Assembly: GCA_044892505.1 (NCBI GenBank)
Contig: CM097882.1
Coordinates: 348,564,001-348,628,000 of the forward strand
Direction of reading: 5' to 3'
From: Schmidtea nova
Taxonomy: Eukaryota
Length of the DNA: 64,000 nt
The first letter of the stretch is position 1; each line of letters opens with the position of its first letter. Of the stretch, positions 22,621-36,660 are shown piece by piece. The notes under the pieces were generated by a model that saw only the letters and a program-made list of their open reading frames with translations, had not been told where the DNA came from and searched no databases. The translations under genes were made by a program, and so were the position numbers.

Positions 22621-25600
22621 TTTTCTACATCTATTTATCCTACATTTATTCAATAAAATAAAAATTAATTTTATTTATACGTTTATTAGTGATTACATAA
22701 TCACATGTGCACAATCCAATAAAACTTTTATTAAACCTAGTAAAATTAATTTTAAACTCTCAAAATGCATGTAGATATTTCATTTTGTATATTTATTTTA
22801 GGATTAAATGATTTTATCATTAAAGCTTCAAAATAATCTACTAAATTACTGCCAAATGCACTTAAAATATGTCTCATTTGAGCCTAATAGATGACAGCTG
22901 GTGTAAAAATATCTTAATCTATTTAAACCTGTCAACCTACACACAAAAGTCACGTGTGGCCTAAAAGGTCTCTGTTTATAGAAGATTGAAATTAGAAATG
23001 GTGTATGCTACTGGTTTTTACACAGTATTGAGGTTTTTTTCCACATTGGCTTTAATGAGGATAAATTTATATTCTTTGAATTTGCACACAAGTATAACGA
23101 AACTTGTGCATACTAGTTAGTTTTAAGATGTTGTTATTTATTCAGTTAAAAATAACCACGTGGCAGTATCACATTCTGTAACTTGATTTCATCTTCCCTA
23201 ATGATTTTAGAATTAGTTTAGGGTGTATATTTGGTTTAAATGTATTGGGTTGCATTGTTGATTGCATTGAGTAACTATGTACTACTATATTAAATTAGTA
23301 GTTAACTATAAAAGTTCCTTCCTGACTGAAAAAGTGAATTTCCTTATTTCGTGTGAAAATATGTACTAAATATCTACCTATATAGTTTATTTTCTTACTG
23401 TCTGCTTGAAAACTCATTTCTAAATGTTCTGTGCTAGTTTGCATGCATCTGGGTTTCCTCTCTTAGGGGTCAAGACAACAATATTTTGTCACTACCCATT
23501 CTCATTACTTGTTTTGTTTTGATCTTTGAGAAAAGTCACCGGATAATATTTCTGTGAATTTAATTTATTTAAGAAATCGTCTAAAATAATTTCTTAGCTT
23601 AGGGCTGGCCAAATCAAATTGCACAAAGGGCCATCCATAAATGAGGATAATTGGAAAATTTTGTTCTTATCATTTTTTCTGACTTTACAAATAATTCTGT
23701 ACTTATTAAATTTTTTTAATGATAAATTTGAGGGAAAAATAGATATAAAAAGAAAACATGTAATGAACGAACAACAAGATATATTTGTATGGTTACAAAT
23801 ATAAGAGTGCCGCGAGCCTCGGGCTGACCACTCCTGTATTAATTAGATTCTCTTCAAAACTAAAGTGATTTTAGACTTTCTTGATGCGCAACATGGACAA
23901 TCGTATTCTACGTGAAGAGAGAAGATTTCCCAGTTGGTTGAAGAGTTGGTAACATTGTTTTCTGTAGTCGAAATGATACTAATGTCTAGACTTCTACTGG
24001 AACATTTATTGATTGTGAGTTTGAAACGAGAGGATACGTGAGAATGGGTAAAGTCACAATAGACAAGTATGTATATTTTTTGGAAAGAAGGCAAGAATGA
24101 ACAAACCAGTTTCGGAATAGATGGGTTAAAGAGAAAATACTAAGCTTGAGAGGCTTGTTAAACTGAAGTGAGAGTTATGACCCAATCAAAAAAGGAGATC
24201 TCTTGTATATATTGGAAAAACATACAGTTAAATCAAACTCAGTTTTAAAAGTATTCAATTCCGTCATAAATTTATTTAATTAAAATTTTATAAAAAGAAA
24301 TCGATATTATCCAATTAGAACACATATCATTCAGTAAACTTAAAATTACATGAATTCTGTAGTAATAACAAGTGATATCAAGGAACCTCTAAAACTTTCA
24401 TGGATATTGATTGTTATTTGTAAAAATATCAACAAATTAATATATTTTTTGGAATATTCATTGCTTTTTAAGAATACAATAAATCAGATTTGTTGGGCCA
24501 GCTAAAAAGAGGAAAAGGAGAGACAAAATAGTAATAATTAAAACCAAAGGAAAAACGCAGGCTAAGAAATTAAAATTTTGATTTGAAAGACCAATAAATA
24601 AATTTATAAATTAAAGAATAAAGTGCCACGAGAAATTGTAAATAAACAACCAATTAATCATTTGTGAGGATCTGAAAACAAATAAAATATTAAAAATTAA
24701 ACAAAATAATAGTACTTTTAGTCAAATAATTGATCCAAAATTAGGACCACCAAGAGAGAATTGAACCTAAAAAATAAAAATTAATTAAGTAAAACAAAAT
24801 AATAATGAGACCTACAGTGGAGGCGGCCAAACCTGATTGGTCAGTCTGATACAAGCAAATTGATATAAATACTGATCAGGCTTTAGTTGAATATATGCAT
24901 TGACTTAACTTGAATTGAGTTGGATTTGACTTGAGTAGACTCGACTTTGAATTTGATTTACTCTAACGTGATTTTTTACAAATTTTTGGATACCTAAATT
25001 CAGACAGGCAAACTAGACCAGACAATAGTTCAGACAGAATATTGTCCTTATCAACGATTTTGGGGATCAAATTTGTAACAAGAATTTAGGTACTTTTGTG
25101 TTATGTGTTATTTTTGCTATTGCTCTATGATTTGTGCCATAAATGTATTGTAATTATTATAATTTTGCTGATATTATATTTGTTTTCATTCATTTAATCT
25201 ATATATATTGATGCGCCGAATGGGGGCTACATGCTCCTAGAGTGTAAGTCCGAGTCGTGGTGCTTAGAGGCTCCACACCTGGTAGAGAAACCGACAATGC
25301 ATAGAATTTAATAAAGTTTTCAGAGTTGCACATGGGACAAGGAAAAAGAGGGGCAAGAATTTCCACAAAATGTTGTGATAAGGATACAATGCAGATGATC
25401 TTTCTAAGTGCAGAAACAGCCTAACCCAGAGTAGCTGTGAGATGTGTTATCAAAATGTACACGAAGGTTTAGACCGAAAACGTTTCTAGACCCAACATGC
25501 ACCGAATTAATGTAACTGTAGAGTAACTACAAACTATAAATTTTCAACAGCAATACCAAACAAATAAGCACATTTAGAACAACAAAATTAGACAAAGATT

Positions 25601-25823
25601 TGAGAGAGAGTAAACACCAGTAATATATATTTTTGCTAACCCAGCTCGGCAGATTTTCACCGTAAACTCAACCCAAAGCATAACGGCAATACGCGTAATC
25701 TTAAATAAATTTTCTAATAGTAATACAAGACTAAAAATCCGAGCCAGGAGAGAGAACACTGAATCTAACAAATATGTTTCCTAAATTTTAGATGATTTTT
25801 CTTTGTGTTATTATCTAGATAAA

Positions 25824-26231
25824 ATGTCAAATTTCAAGCTACCAAAGAGAAAGCCTAATTATTACAAAATGAAAGAAAATCAATGGGGATGGAAGAACGG
25901 ACAGCTCCGGCGAAACCGAGTGCAAATCAGTCCTTTGAAACTAGCACCATTTGAGATAATTCAGCAAGTCCACCAAAAGATGTGGGCTTGGCGAAGAGAA
26001 CTGGACACCGCTTGTCCGTATACAGTATGGGATCACCCCAGTCACCACGTCTAGTATCGCGGATGTGCGAGTTGGCTTATAATTCCGGGCGAAGAGTTCA
26101 AACGTTGGCATTCAGCATGCTTCATAATGATGCTGGACGAAAACGGATTCCCGAAATTCATATTATATTGGGGCTATATTCCAGCATCCATTTTCAAGGA
26201 GCTGGGGATAGTTTTTAACATTGCGATCTAA
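25824..26231 (+). pseudogene. Accessory ORF A (135 codons, Trp-rich, internal TAG at 26052)
   Basis: MSNFKLPKRKP...WDHPSHHV*YRGCASWLIIPGEEFKRWHSACF...LYWGYIPASIF; GC-richer than the flanks; AG acceptor 5 nt upstream of the ATG. Confidence 0.55.
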
Positions 26232-26484
26232 CCGCTCCGAGAAGCCGAGAAGCGGAAAAGTTTTACCAACTCCTCAAACGAATTTAAAACTAATATGCAA
26301 ATACGTGCCATATTTTCTTATCGGGGAAAAATGTCTATCGAATAATTTAGTTTAATACATGTATTAGAAATTATGGTGTTTCCTTTTTGTCTGTTTTGTA
26401 GCTGTTAATTTAACTTAAATAAAATTATAAATCATAAAAAATATAATTAAACAGTTTCGATAAATGTTGTCCTATTCAGCCTAA

Positions 26485-27069
26485 ATGACTTCTGCCGAGA
26501 AATCAAGGAAATTTGTCAACCAAGTCCAGGAGCGTCATCTGAGAGACCAGCAAAAGCAGATAAAGCTACTCACCGTCGCTAACGAAGAACTCAATGCCAG
26601 TTGGTTTCCCCCCGATCAAATGAAGACCCAACTGTCGAAAATGACCAGACTGCAAGAAGCATTGTTCGAGACCAAGACTGAACTTGATGCAGTACAACGA
26701 GATCTCCGGAATTGCCTAAATTCGGTGACGAAGACCTATATAGATACCGAATTGCTAGCTCTGATACGTCCAATTACAGCACAACGATGGACAAAGGGTC
26801 AATACCGTGAGATTGCGACAGGAACGGAGGACGAGAATATCATGGATCCAAGCCCGGTCGTGGAAGGTCCCTCCACACCCCACCATATCCAACCGGAGCA
26901 AGAAATTTCTGCAAAAGTGATTCACCAACCCCGAAAGAACCGATTGGGATCCCGACAAAGACGTCGTCGACGAGAATTTGCTCAGCGAATGAACATACAA
27001 ATAGATCGGTTAAATGCGCTAACAGAATTGGAGTTGATAAATGAAATTGACTTGGATTTTATAAAATAA
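26485..27069 (+). CDS. Accessory ORF B (194 aa): coiled coil, Arg-rich motif, C-terminal NES-like motif
   Basis: Intact ORF with RKNRLGSRQRRRRREFAQR and LELINEIDL; AG acceptor 5 nt upstream of the ATG; ends at the PPT. Confidence 0.7.
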   Translation: MTSAEKSRKFVNQVQERHLRDQQKQIKLLTVANEELNASWFPPDQMKTQLSKMTRLQEALFETKTELDAVQRDLRNCLNSVTKTYIDTELLALIRPITAQRWTKGQYREIATGTEDENIMDPSPVVEGPSTPHHIQPEQEISAKVIHQPRKNRLGSRQRRRRREFAQRMNIQIDRLNALTELELINEIDLDFIK

Positions 27070-28077
27070 AAGAGGGATGTTTCTGTGTATAGAATAAAAT
27101 ATTAATGTTTCTAGTTGATGAGTTAATGATAGAGCATTTTATGATATTTGGTATTGTCTCTCCTCGTACAAATTACTTACATAAAAGTTGAATGAACAGA
27201 AATAAATTGATTTAAAAATCGTGTTCCTCATAAGTTTACTTCATAAGGTCAATAAAACCCAGAGATTCGGAAAGAGATTATTAAAGAAGAAATCGTAGAC
27301 ACATTCTACACATAAATAAAGATCACTGCGAAATCGATTTAATTATTCGTAAGATAAAATTATCAACCAAAAGTAAAGTGCGAAAGTTTTATTAGAAAGT
27401 GTTTTCAGACAATGGGGTGTATAAAGATTAAAGATTAATTTTGACAAATATTGGGACGAATAGAAATAAATTAATATGCTTAAGACCTTCTATCGGCAGC
27501 ACGAACCCGAGGGAAGATAAATGGGGAGTAGTTCTGGTAACAGAGCTCACCTGCCCATCATTTTTCCACCATCGTATGCAGTACAAACTTGGCTAGTAGG
27601 GAATAGTCAAGGGAATACGCGTGTAGACAGTCATTTTATGTAAGGTTGTGGGTGAGGGATCATTAGAACACAACATTCAAATATTTACAAACCCACCCGC
27701 AACCCAGCAGATTTAAATTTATTTTTACATTAACGCAATCTTTATATGCAAAAAGAACACTGTTAAAAGAACTCTGTTAAAATAACTCCAATGAAGACAA
27801 TTATTATTAAAGCTTGATCACAAAAAGGGTTTCAAAAAGTTGAAAACCAGAAAATATTCCATCATGGAATCTTTGGTAATAATTACAAATTTAAAGCTAA
27901 CAAATCGATTTGATTAACGTAATTCACTAATATATATTTAGGATATAATCAGAGTTGAACAGCCAAATTCTGAACAACCGGCTCGCTATTATTTCAAAGA
28001 AAAAAAACGGTCTTCATTTGTCTTCATTTATTTTTGTATTGTATAAAATATATAATATATAATATATTTAATATACT

Positions 28078-28210
28078 GTATTTACTATAAAAACTTTGTT
28101 TAGTGAATTGACAATACAAAATACAATACTAATTAGTCTAATTATTAGACTAATTAGTATTTTTATTTTGTATTGTCAATTCACTAAACAAAGTAAGTTT
28201 TTATAGTAAA
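28078..28210. repeat. Near-perfect ~130-bp palindrome
   Basis: 28094-28142 is the reverse complement of 28144-28193 apart from a small central difference; the arms extend further with a 4-bp indel. Confidence 0.9.
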
Positions 28211-30367
28211 TATAATCTATAAAAACGAACAAATTATAAAAAAAATAAAATAGCAACAAGTAACGAAGGAAATAATAAAGCGGGCGATATCATGTGCAGT
28301 GTGCCGAAGCTACACAACTTGTGACTCACTCACGATCAAGAGCCAAGCACTTCGTGTTTTACGTACGCACATGATATGTTTGCGAGTGTGTGGCATATCG
28401 GCGCGATGTGCATATTTTGCATAAACATACTATTAAAATGGCTTATTTTTTCGTTTTAGGGGTAATTTAACAATCGACTCGCCGAGCTTCAAAAATTTTT
28501 AGAACCGGCTCACGCGAGCCGGCTAAAGCCCACTCCTGGATAATCTATCTATTTTCTAGGACAGATTTATGTTCTTAAAAAAAGAATCTATAATGCCTAT
28601 CTGTCCTCTACAAGTTTCCTAAAATTATTACTGACAATTATCTGATAATAATAATTGATCTTGAACACATTTGATCTTATCAAAATTTTGTTAATTTTAA
28701 ATTTTTAGATGATAAATTAAATTTTTTCAACTCCATTGAATTGGAAAGAAAGCTTTTTTTGATCTATAGCCCGAAAAAAATGAAAATTAACAAAATTATT
28801 CTAATTCACTAATAAATATTTTTACTCTTTTATTACTGTATTTACTTTAAAAAAAGTTAATATTTAATCAATATTTATCACTAAGACAAAAAAAATTAAT
28901 CCGTAAAAATTATAAATTTTTTTATTAACTTTTAATAAAACGCTTCATTTATTTTATGATTTTTTAGCTATTTTTGGTTTATTTTTTAACTTTATTGGAA
29001 CAAATAAACTAGCTTGCGAAATTTAAATTATTAATTAACTTCAGAAAAATAGAAATTAAAAATAAATCACCCATATCTTGCGTAACATGATTAAAACTAA
29101 TAAAAACAAGCAATTTACTGACGTTCCATAGTTTTATATCAAATTGAGGCAGTATCATTTTTTTAGTTGAAAATATAGATAAAACAACAAATTGAAAGAG
29201 TAGACAACAATTTTATAACACAGCCAATCAATAGCATCCCAGGAGAGAATGTTGTTGTTTTTAAATTCGAAGGTGAATTTACAACTATGCGTTAGTAATT
29301 TTAATTAAAAAATTATTTTGCATTTTATGTTCAATAATGTAAGTGTTGTTTGTTTCGAAATTTATTTATTTAATTGTTTTATTATGTTTATTATTATTAT
29401 TATTTTTTATTATTTTTTTTATTATTTATATTATTATTTTTATTATTTTTATTATTATTATTTTTTTAATTTTTTTTAATATTATTATAAAATGTTAGCA
29501 GCATTAATTAAAAATTAAATAACAAGACAAGACTTTCTTTGAAAAGTTTTAAAGGTTAAAAATTTTCGATTATCAAATAATAATTATCAATTTATTATTA
29601 TGTTATTATTATTATTATTATTATTTATTTTGATAAATCAATGAAAATTTTCAAAATAAAATTTATTTTTCTTTATATATAAAATATTCTTAGACGTCTT
29701 TTTTAATTTGAAATTTTTTTGATTTATTAAGAGAAGTGTCAGATTTAATTATTTTAAAATTCGAGTAAATATTACAGGAAACGAAAATTATTGATTTTTA
29801 AAATTAAATTTATTGATGCTCTAAAAATTTGTTAAGAAACAAAACCGATGGCATTTCCCAAATGATTTTGATTATTTTATGACAATTTGGTTTTTAAACC
29901 AAGTAAAATTATTTATTTTTATATTTGCAACTTTTTACAAAATTATAACAGCAATGCATTTGATATAAAAATCTTTATGATACAATTTCCTACTTTTTTA
30001 TTGTTTAAAATAATTGCACGCTAAATCAGGCCAATACAAAAAATTATGTTAACATATTCGTGAATAGCGCCCGTATTTGCAGACAAATCAATATACATGC
30101 TTCCAGTTAAAAAACAGTATTGATAATAAATGTAACACCACAAATTATGTTATCTTGTTATTGAAATTTAACCGAAATCAAATGTTGTTTATCGTTAAAG
30201 CAAATTATTCAAAAATAAAATAGGAATAGATTTTGGAAATTTATTTAATTACTTAAGATGAATATGTTTCAGTTCAGTTATTATTTCGTGAAAAATTAGC
30301 ATTAACTAAACCGAATTGAACAAATCTAATTAATAAATTTAAGATTTGAATTTTATATATTGTTTAA

Positions 30368-30910
30368 ACCGATGGTTCCCAACATGAGCTAAATGGCTCC
30401 CAGTGGACCACAGGATAATTTTTGAAAAATGAGGAGCCATGGAAACTGACAAGAAAGCCATGAATTATATCAAAAGAAAAATGACCCAGTCGTTGGTATA
30501 AATGTACACGACAGGAGGACGACTAAAGGAAGCGCTTTATGTAATTATAAAAGTTCTGAATTATATTAAATTAAATGCTTCGCAAGATCGACTCTTTCGT
30601 CAATTTTGTGAAGACATTTATGAAGAATATGAATGTCTTGTATAACATAACGCACTACGCTGGCTGTCAAGGGAAAACTGCCTTCGTATATTGGTTGTAG
30701 ATTAAAACAGCAAGGAAAGAATTTAAATCTGAAATCAGCCAGAGATTTAATGAGTACATTATTGAATAAAGATTTTCAGTGCAACTTATCACTTCGTGAT
30801 TTTTTTCAAATTTTTTCATTAACCAGTATTGAATAAAAAGTGTGGATCTTTAACAAGTGTGGACTGAGTCGACGGGACAGCTAGCAAATTGCAGGTGGGC
30901 CGGTCTAAAA
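30368..30910 (+). mobile_element. hAT (Buster/Charlie-like) remnant
   Basis: TGGTTCCCAAC TIR-like start; YIKLNASQDRLFRQFCEDIYEEYECLV*HNALRWLSRENCL matches the Buster HTEVRWLSRG region. Confidence 0.75.
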
Positions 30911-33900
30911 AGTAAGATGAAAAGCCGGTGAAATTAAAATATATATAAATATTAAAAAAACTAAAAAAAAGCTTTTTGAATAATTTTTTCAAAATAATTA
31001 CTTTTAAAGAAGATTTAATAATAAATGAAATATGTACAAATGCTCCAAGAATAAAGAAATGTTTGAATGGTTAAATTTATTTATATTTATAAATAATTTA
31101 TTTTATTTAACAGCCTTCTTTTACTATTATCTGTGCTGTTAAAATCGGCTGTCAAATCACCCAATCTGCTACTTATCTATAAAATAACAAAATTTACATA
31201 AAGAAATGAAAATAAGATTTCATGCAAATGGAAATCACAGAATAGATGTTGAGTCCATTCGATAATAATATTGAAGCTATAGCAATAAAACTTCAAGAAT
31301 ATCTTATAAATTAGCAAAGTGATTCCGTTACTTATTTACAATTCAAAATTTACTTTAAAAATTTGAACACATTCACTTTATTAAAACAAATTTCAAAGTT
31401 GAGGAAATTTATAATTGACGTTTAGAAATTATTGTAAAATTAGCAGTATGAATTTAAAAAAATGACTTTGACTTTTATGACCTTGATCTGTGTCCTTGAT
31501 TCCACAATGAATTTGACCACACCCTCGATATGTTTGTAACCTTGAAATAACCATGACATTAATTATATAACGACGACGAATCTTTACTGAACCTGTATAT
31601 AGAGTAATAATGACGTAATATAATGTTCGATGTACAACCCAAGTGATTGCGTTATACACATAGGAGGTATTAAAGTGTTATTTTGTTTTTTATACAACTA
31701 TAATAATTTCGTCTAAGTTTATTTCTATTTGTTTTAAAAGTCGATTTCTACTGTATTAATGTTTATGCATAATTGCATCCTTTCTCTTTATTATATCGCA
31801 CATTCTTCTTGAAAATATTTTCAAATTTTTCAGAAAACATTCAGCTGTTTTTATGTAATATATATATATATATATTCATGTCAAGATAATATAAAATAAT
31901 TCATTGTCATCATAAAATTGGATTTAATAATTTAAACAAAGAAAGCATTAGTTTTTCATAAAAGTTTGTGATTCATTATACAGTGTATGAATAAGATTTG
32001 AATTTAATTTTTAAAAATATTAAATAGTAGATAAAAAATACTCATAAAAAATTGAAAGTTTTTAGAAAGGGAATAAAGTTTGGCGATAACAAGAACTTGA
32101 TAGTTGTAAGGTTTGAAAATTAGAGAAAGTTTATTGAAGTTTACATAAAATATTTATTTTTATTTTTATATATCACTTTTATTCTTAATCATTTCAATGC
32201 CTGCATAATAGCTTTCGGGAACAATATTTACCAATTGTACATTTTATAATAGGAATTTTCTGTTCAATTAACTAATGAACACCAAGTTGATTTTACTTGA
32301 ATTGCTTCTGTAATTATAAAATTTTTACAAGAAAATTAGCTAATTACGAATCATAAATCAATAGTAAGCAGCAGTTAATAGAATGTAAACTATACAATGT
32401 TTTCTAACTTGCTTGATTAATAATATTTATAAAATTGTTTATTTTTTAAAATACTTTATATTTGTTTTCTGCACTTTACAAATTTATTTTTTTTGTAAAT
32501 TAAAAAAAAATTTATAATAAGTCTTTTATTTTAGGTCTCACTAATTTATTGAATTCTAATTATTAAAGTTAAAAATCTAACTCAGTTGATAATTTATTTC
32601 GTATTTATGGTAATTTTAATACTGTTANNNNNNNNNNNNNNNNNNNNNNNNNNNNNNNNNNNNNNNNNNNNNNNNNNNNNNNNNNNNNNNNNNNNNNNNN
32701 NNNNNNNNNNNNNNNNNNNNNNNNNNNNNNNNNNNNNNNNNNNNNNNNNNNNNNNNNNNNNNNNNNNNNNNNNNNNNNNNNNNNNNNNNNNNNNNNNNNN
32801 NNNNNNNNNNNNNNNNNNNNNNNNNNNNNNNNNNNNNNNNNNNNNNNNNNNNNNNNNNNNNNNNNNNNNNNNNNNTTACCAAAATTGTGAACACCTATGT
32901 GTAATCATTTTTTTATCCGCCTGAATCTGGCTAAAAGTCACCGCATCGGCATAATCCCGGAGAAGCACGACCGAGAGGCCAGCAACTTCGTGGTCGGAAA
33001 CAACTAAGGCTCACCTTATTTTATTTTTCATCAAATCATCCTGAGGGTTTACCTGCAAATAAATTAAACGTACTCAAACACAAAACTACCTTTATTAATC
33101 AATTGAAATTTAACAAGTTTGTTGGGCTGGTGGAAGTGAGGTTCAATCGTTGCTTAAATACGTCAAATAAACTTAAAATCATACGATAACACACGAGTAA
33201 ATTAAACAGGAAAAGATATGAAAAATATAGGATATTAAAGCATAAATACTAGTCACACGAGCCGCTTTTCATAAGTCGGTCGGGTTAGGGAGAAAACGAT
33301 ACAGAGGCAACATCTCGGGAGAGAGTGCACAATTTGAGTTCAGGTCAAATTTACACACGAAAGATTGCACGAGAAAAAAATGGGGAAGATCTTTGCAAGT
33401 AAAAATTATGATCGAAAAATAAAATTAATATCAAAATAAAAAGAATAATTTATTAAAAATTATAGAAAAAATCCCCATTGAAATATCATAAAAATTATAA
33501 GAGATAGGAAGGAAAATAGAATAAAAATTGGATTTGATTGTTTTAATCAATCAATTAACGCGCTTAAAATGTGGATACACAGATTATTAAATGGAATTAT
33601 AAACAAATATTTAGAAAATAAATAAAATTAGTTATAAAATAAAATTAAAGAAAAATAAATTAATAATCATTTATTAAAATAAATATATGAATTAAATTTT
33701 AAACATTCTTGTTTTAATGAAAAATGCGTAGGAGTCAAACCAAAAATAAGTATAAATAGACGCCGAAAAATCATAATTTTGACACGCTTAAACACTTTTG
33801 AACACTATAACACGTTAAATCACGATTTTCAATTTCTGCCAGGCAGCACCAGTCAGTAATTTTTTTCCTTTTCAATTGCGTAGTTCATCAGTAACAAGTA

Positions 33901-33929
33901 TATTCTTATTTTATGTATTCTTTTAAAGC

Positions 33930-34510
33930 TTTTTGTAACTATTATGCATTATTTGTAACTGCATTTATGTAATTTGTAGTCAATAATAAATATTTAATTT
34001 TAACCATAAATTTGTTTTGTTTTGCCTTGTTCATTTGGTTTGTCCCGATTAAACTGATTTTAATAGAAGCTCTGTTGGCTCACCAGACACGAGTCTGCGA
34101 TGGTTAGGAACTGTTTGAACCGAACAACCGGTTTCTCCGTACCATTGTTTCTTTAAATTATATATGAACCCAAGGGAAAAATGGAATTTAAGTGGGGTTA
34201 AGTTATATTTAGGATAAATTGTCATAGATTTTTTCAATAAGATAGTGTGGGGATTTAGGAAGTTAAGACTTGATAAATTTAAAGGACCTTTGGAAATAGA
34301 GAGTATCTTGACGCGTAAGACTCTGTATCGATAGCAAGAACCCGAAAAAGAGGATCCAGGGAGGAGTAACTTCGGTAATGAAGCTCATCTGCTCACTGAA
34401 TTCTCGCAACCGTGTAAATTACCAACATTGCTTGCCGACGAGTAACTATGGGTACATGGGTGAGCTAGTTAAGATTTATGGTGGGTTATGTGTTGTATTA
34501 ATCCCTAGAG
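33930..34510 (+). repeat. Interspersed LTR-like repeat; inverted diverged copy at 57530-58090
   Basis: Extended reverse-complement similarity (e.g. GACACGAGTCT/AGACTCGTGAC, AAAGGACCTTTGGAAA/TTTCCAAAGGTCCTTT). Confidence 0.75.
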
Positions 34511-35305
34511 TCAATAAAAAATTTTGTAATAACACTCATACTTCCCAGCAAGTTTACAACAAAAATGACTCATTTCAAAATTTACTAAAACTTTTAATTA
34601 CACATTGAAAGTAAAAACATACCTGAAAATTCACAAAGATTCCGAATATTCAAATAAAATGATTAAAGCTAGCTGGGGGAATCACTTTTCCGCAAATTCT
34701 TGGTCTCAAAAACTTGTTAAAATAATGAATTTTCAGCTTCTATTTATATTATTTTTAAGTGGTTGTGTGTCCACTACCAGTACGAGGTTGCAATTCCAAT
34801 GTTAGCAAAACTGTAGGTGTATGCGGTGGATTTTATCTAATTTTTCTATCACATCATATAAGCTTGCATGTTCACTCTGTCGAGACTGCATGCACGTATT
34901 TTCCAAAATATTTTTATGGTACTATTTTAGTAACATTTCTAACATTTTTCACGGATTATCTAGTGTTCATTAAATAATCTAGTTTCCAACCAAAACTAAA
35001 GCACGCCAACTGCAAATCGTGTGGTAGTTCATCAGGTCACTCACTCTTATACATCTGGTGAATGAAAAATAAAATAAATGTAAATTATCGATGCAATGCG
35101 AATTGTAACAACGCAATTTCATGACCACATATATTTAATTCAATTTTATTTCTTTATAAAAATAGTTTTTATAATTTATTTTTCCTTCTAAATATTGGTT
35201 TTTATCTTTTAAATGTTTATTATTAAATTATTCAGGTTGATTAGATTATTTATTTTTTCTGTTATGTCTCACATTTATTTTTCAATTTCACTAGCCTAAC
35301 ACACA

Positions 35306-35365
<60 letters not shown>

Positions 35366-35366
<1 letters not shown>

Positions 35367-36660
35367 GTGGTGCGGTCAAAAGGTTTCCGGCCTACCCCAG
35401 AAAAAAGTAAAAGCAAGCAACCACAACTATATTTTTATCAACACCAATACCATTACTTCTCCAACCAATTACCTCCGGCATCGAAACACTTCTGCCAACA
35501 ACCAGTGAGGGCTTCGAATGCCCCATGGTAAAATGAGGGTGGAAGCTGGTCAAAAATCCGATTTACAGCCTTCTCTAAATCGCCTACATCCATGAAATAC
35601 TGTCCCCGCAGTTGCTTCTTCAATTCCGTAAATAGGCAGTAATCTGAGGGAGCCAAATCAGGGCTGTATGGAGGGTGGCTAATGATCTCGAAGCCACAAT
35701 CATTGAGCTTTGCTTGGGAAATGCGGCTGGTGTGAACTGGCGCATTGTCATGTTGAAACTAGTGAGGGAGACCATATAGTTTTCGACACTTTCTACGAGC
35801 TTGCTCAACGAGATTACCGTAATATTCTCCGCTGATTGTCCGTCCTTTCTCAAGAAAGTCGGTGAGGATCACTCCATTATTACTCTAAAACACAGTTAAC
35901 ATGAGTTCCCGTCTGTGCGACTTTCCTGAACGAGACTTCCAAACTTTTCCTTCTTCCGGTTTTCTCCATTCCATAGACTCCCGCTTTGATTCAGGCTGAT
36001 GTAAGGACAACGGTGTCTCATCAACAGTGAGGATGTTTTGGATAAATCTTTCTCCATACTTGCGGTAAATGGCGAGGTTCATGAGACACGCATTCTTTCG
36101 GTTATTGCACATCTCAGTTGTAAAAAAGTGAGGCACAAAGCGATACACCACCTTGTTGAAGTAAAGGTCTTTCAATAATTGCACTACGGTGCCGTGTGAT
36201 ATTTGTAGGGATTCTTCCAGCTGCCTGGTAGTTATACGGCGATCTTCCAGTACCATTTTCTCCAATTTTTCCTTCACATCTTCATTTCTCGAAGTCGTTG
36301 GTCGACCCTCTCGTTCCTCACCTGACACACTTTGCCGACTCCTTTTGAATTCAACAATCCAAAACTTGATGGTAGACTGAGAAGGACACTTTTCACTATA
36401 GGCTCGATTCAGATTTGCTATGATTTCCTGGTTGGTTTGGCCGAGATGAACACAAAAGCAAATAGCACTGCGATACTGAATCTTTTCCAGCGAATGCATT
36501 TGCAACGACATTTCCATCTGCAACAGATAAAGTAAATGGATTAGGTCAATAAGATTTTCAACATGAAATTGTCAATAAATTTCCAATAAAATAAACATAT
36601 TTCCATTAAAAAATCAATTTGTTAAGTAGGGTAGGCCGGAAACTTTTTGACCGCACCACG
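35366..36660 (-). mobile_element. Full-length mariner (DD34D), 1295 bp, inactivated by a stop and a frameshift, inserted at a (TA)n tract
   Basis: TIRs CGTGGTGCGGTCAAAA.GTTTCCGGCCTACCC; TA on both sides; HTH, TVDET, HDNAP, YSPDLAPSD. Confidence 0.97.

Larger units (their letters stand above)
25300..27700 (+). mobile_element. 3' part of a Gypsy-like LTR element: decayed integrase, two extra ORFs, PPT and putative 3' LTR starting TGT at 27078
   Basis: HMG...DLSKCRNSL (IN zinc-finger-like) and RKLNPKHNG/..ILNKFSNSNTRLK (GPY/F-like) at 25330-25790; PPT-like AAAAGAGGGA at 27068-27077. The LTR end is not resolved. Confidence 0.55.

Noticed and set aside
25215-25290. GC-rich segment superficially tRNA/SINE-like
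   Set aside because: No cloverleaf or convincing A/B boxes
32586-32924. ORFs spanning N runs (also 51576-51982 and 54459-54672)
   Set aside because: Artefacts of assembly gaps; only the GIY-YIG part of 51143-51680 is real
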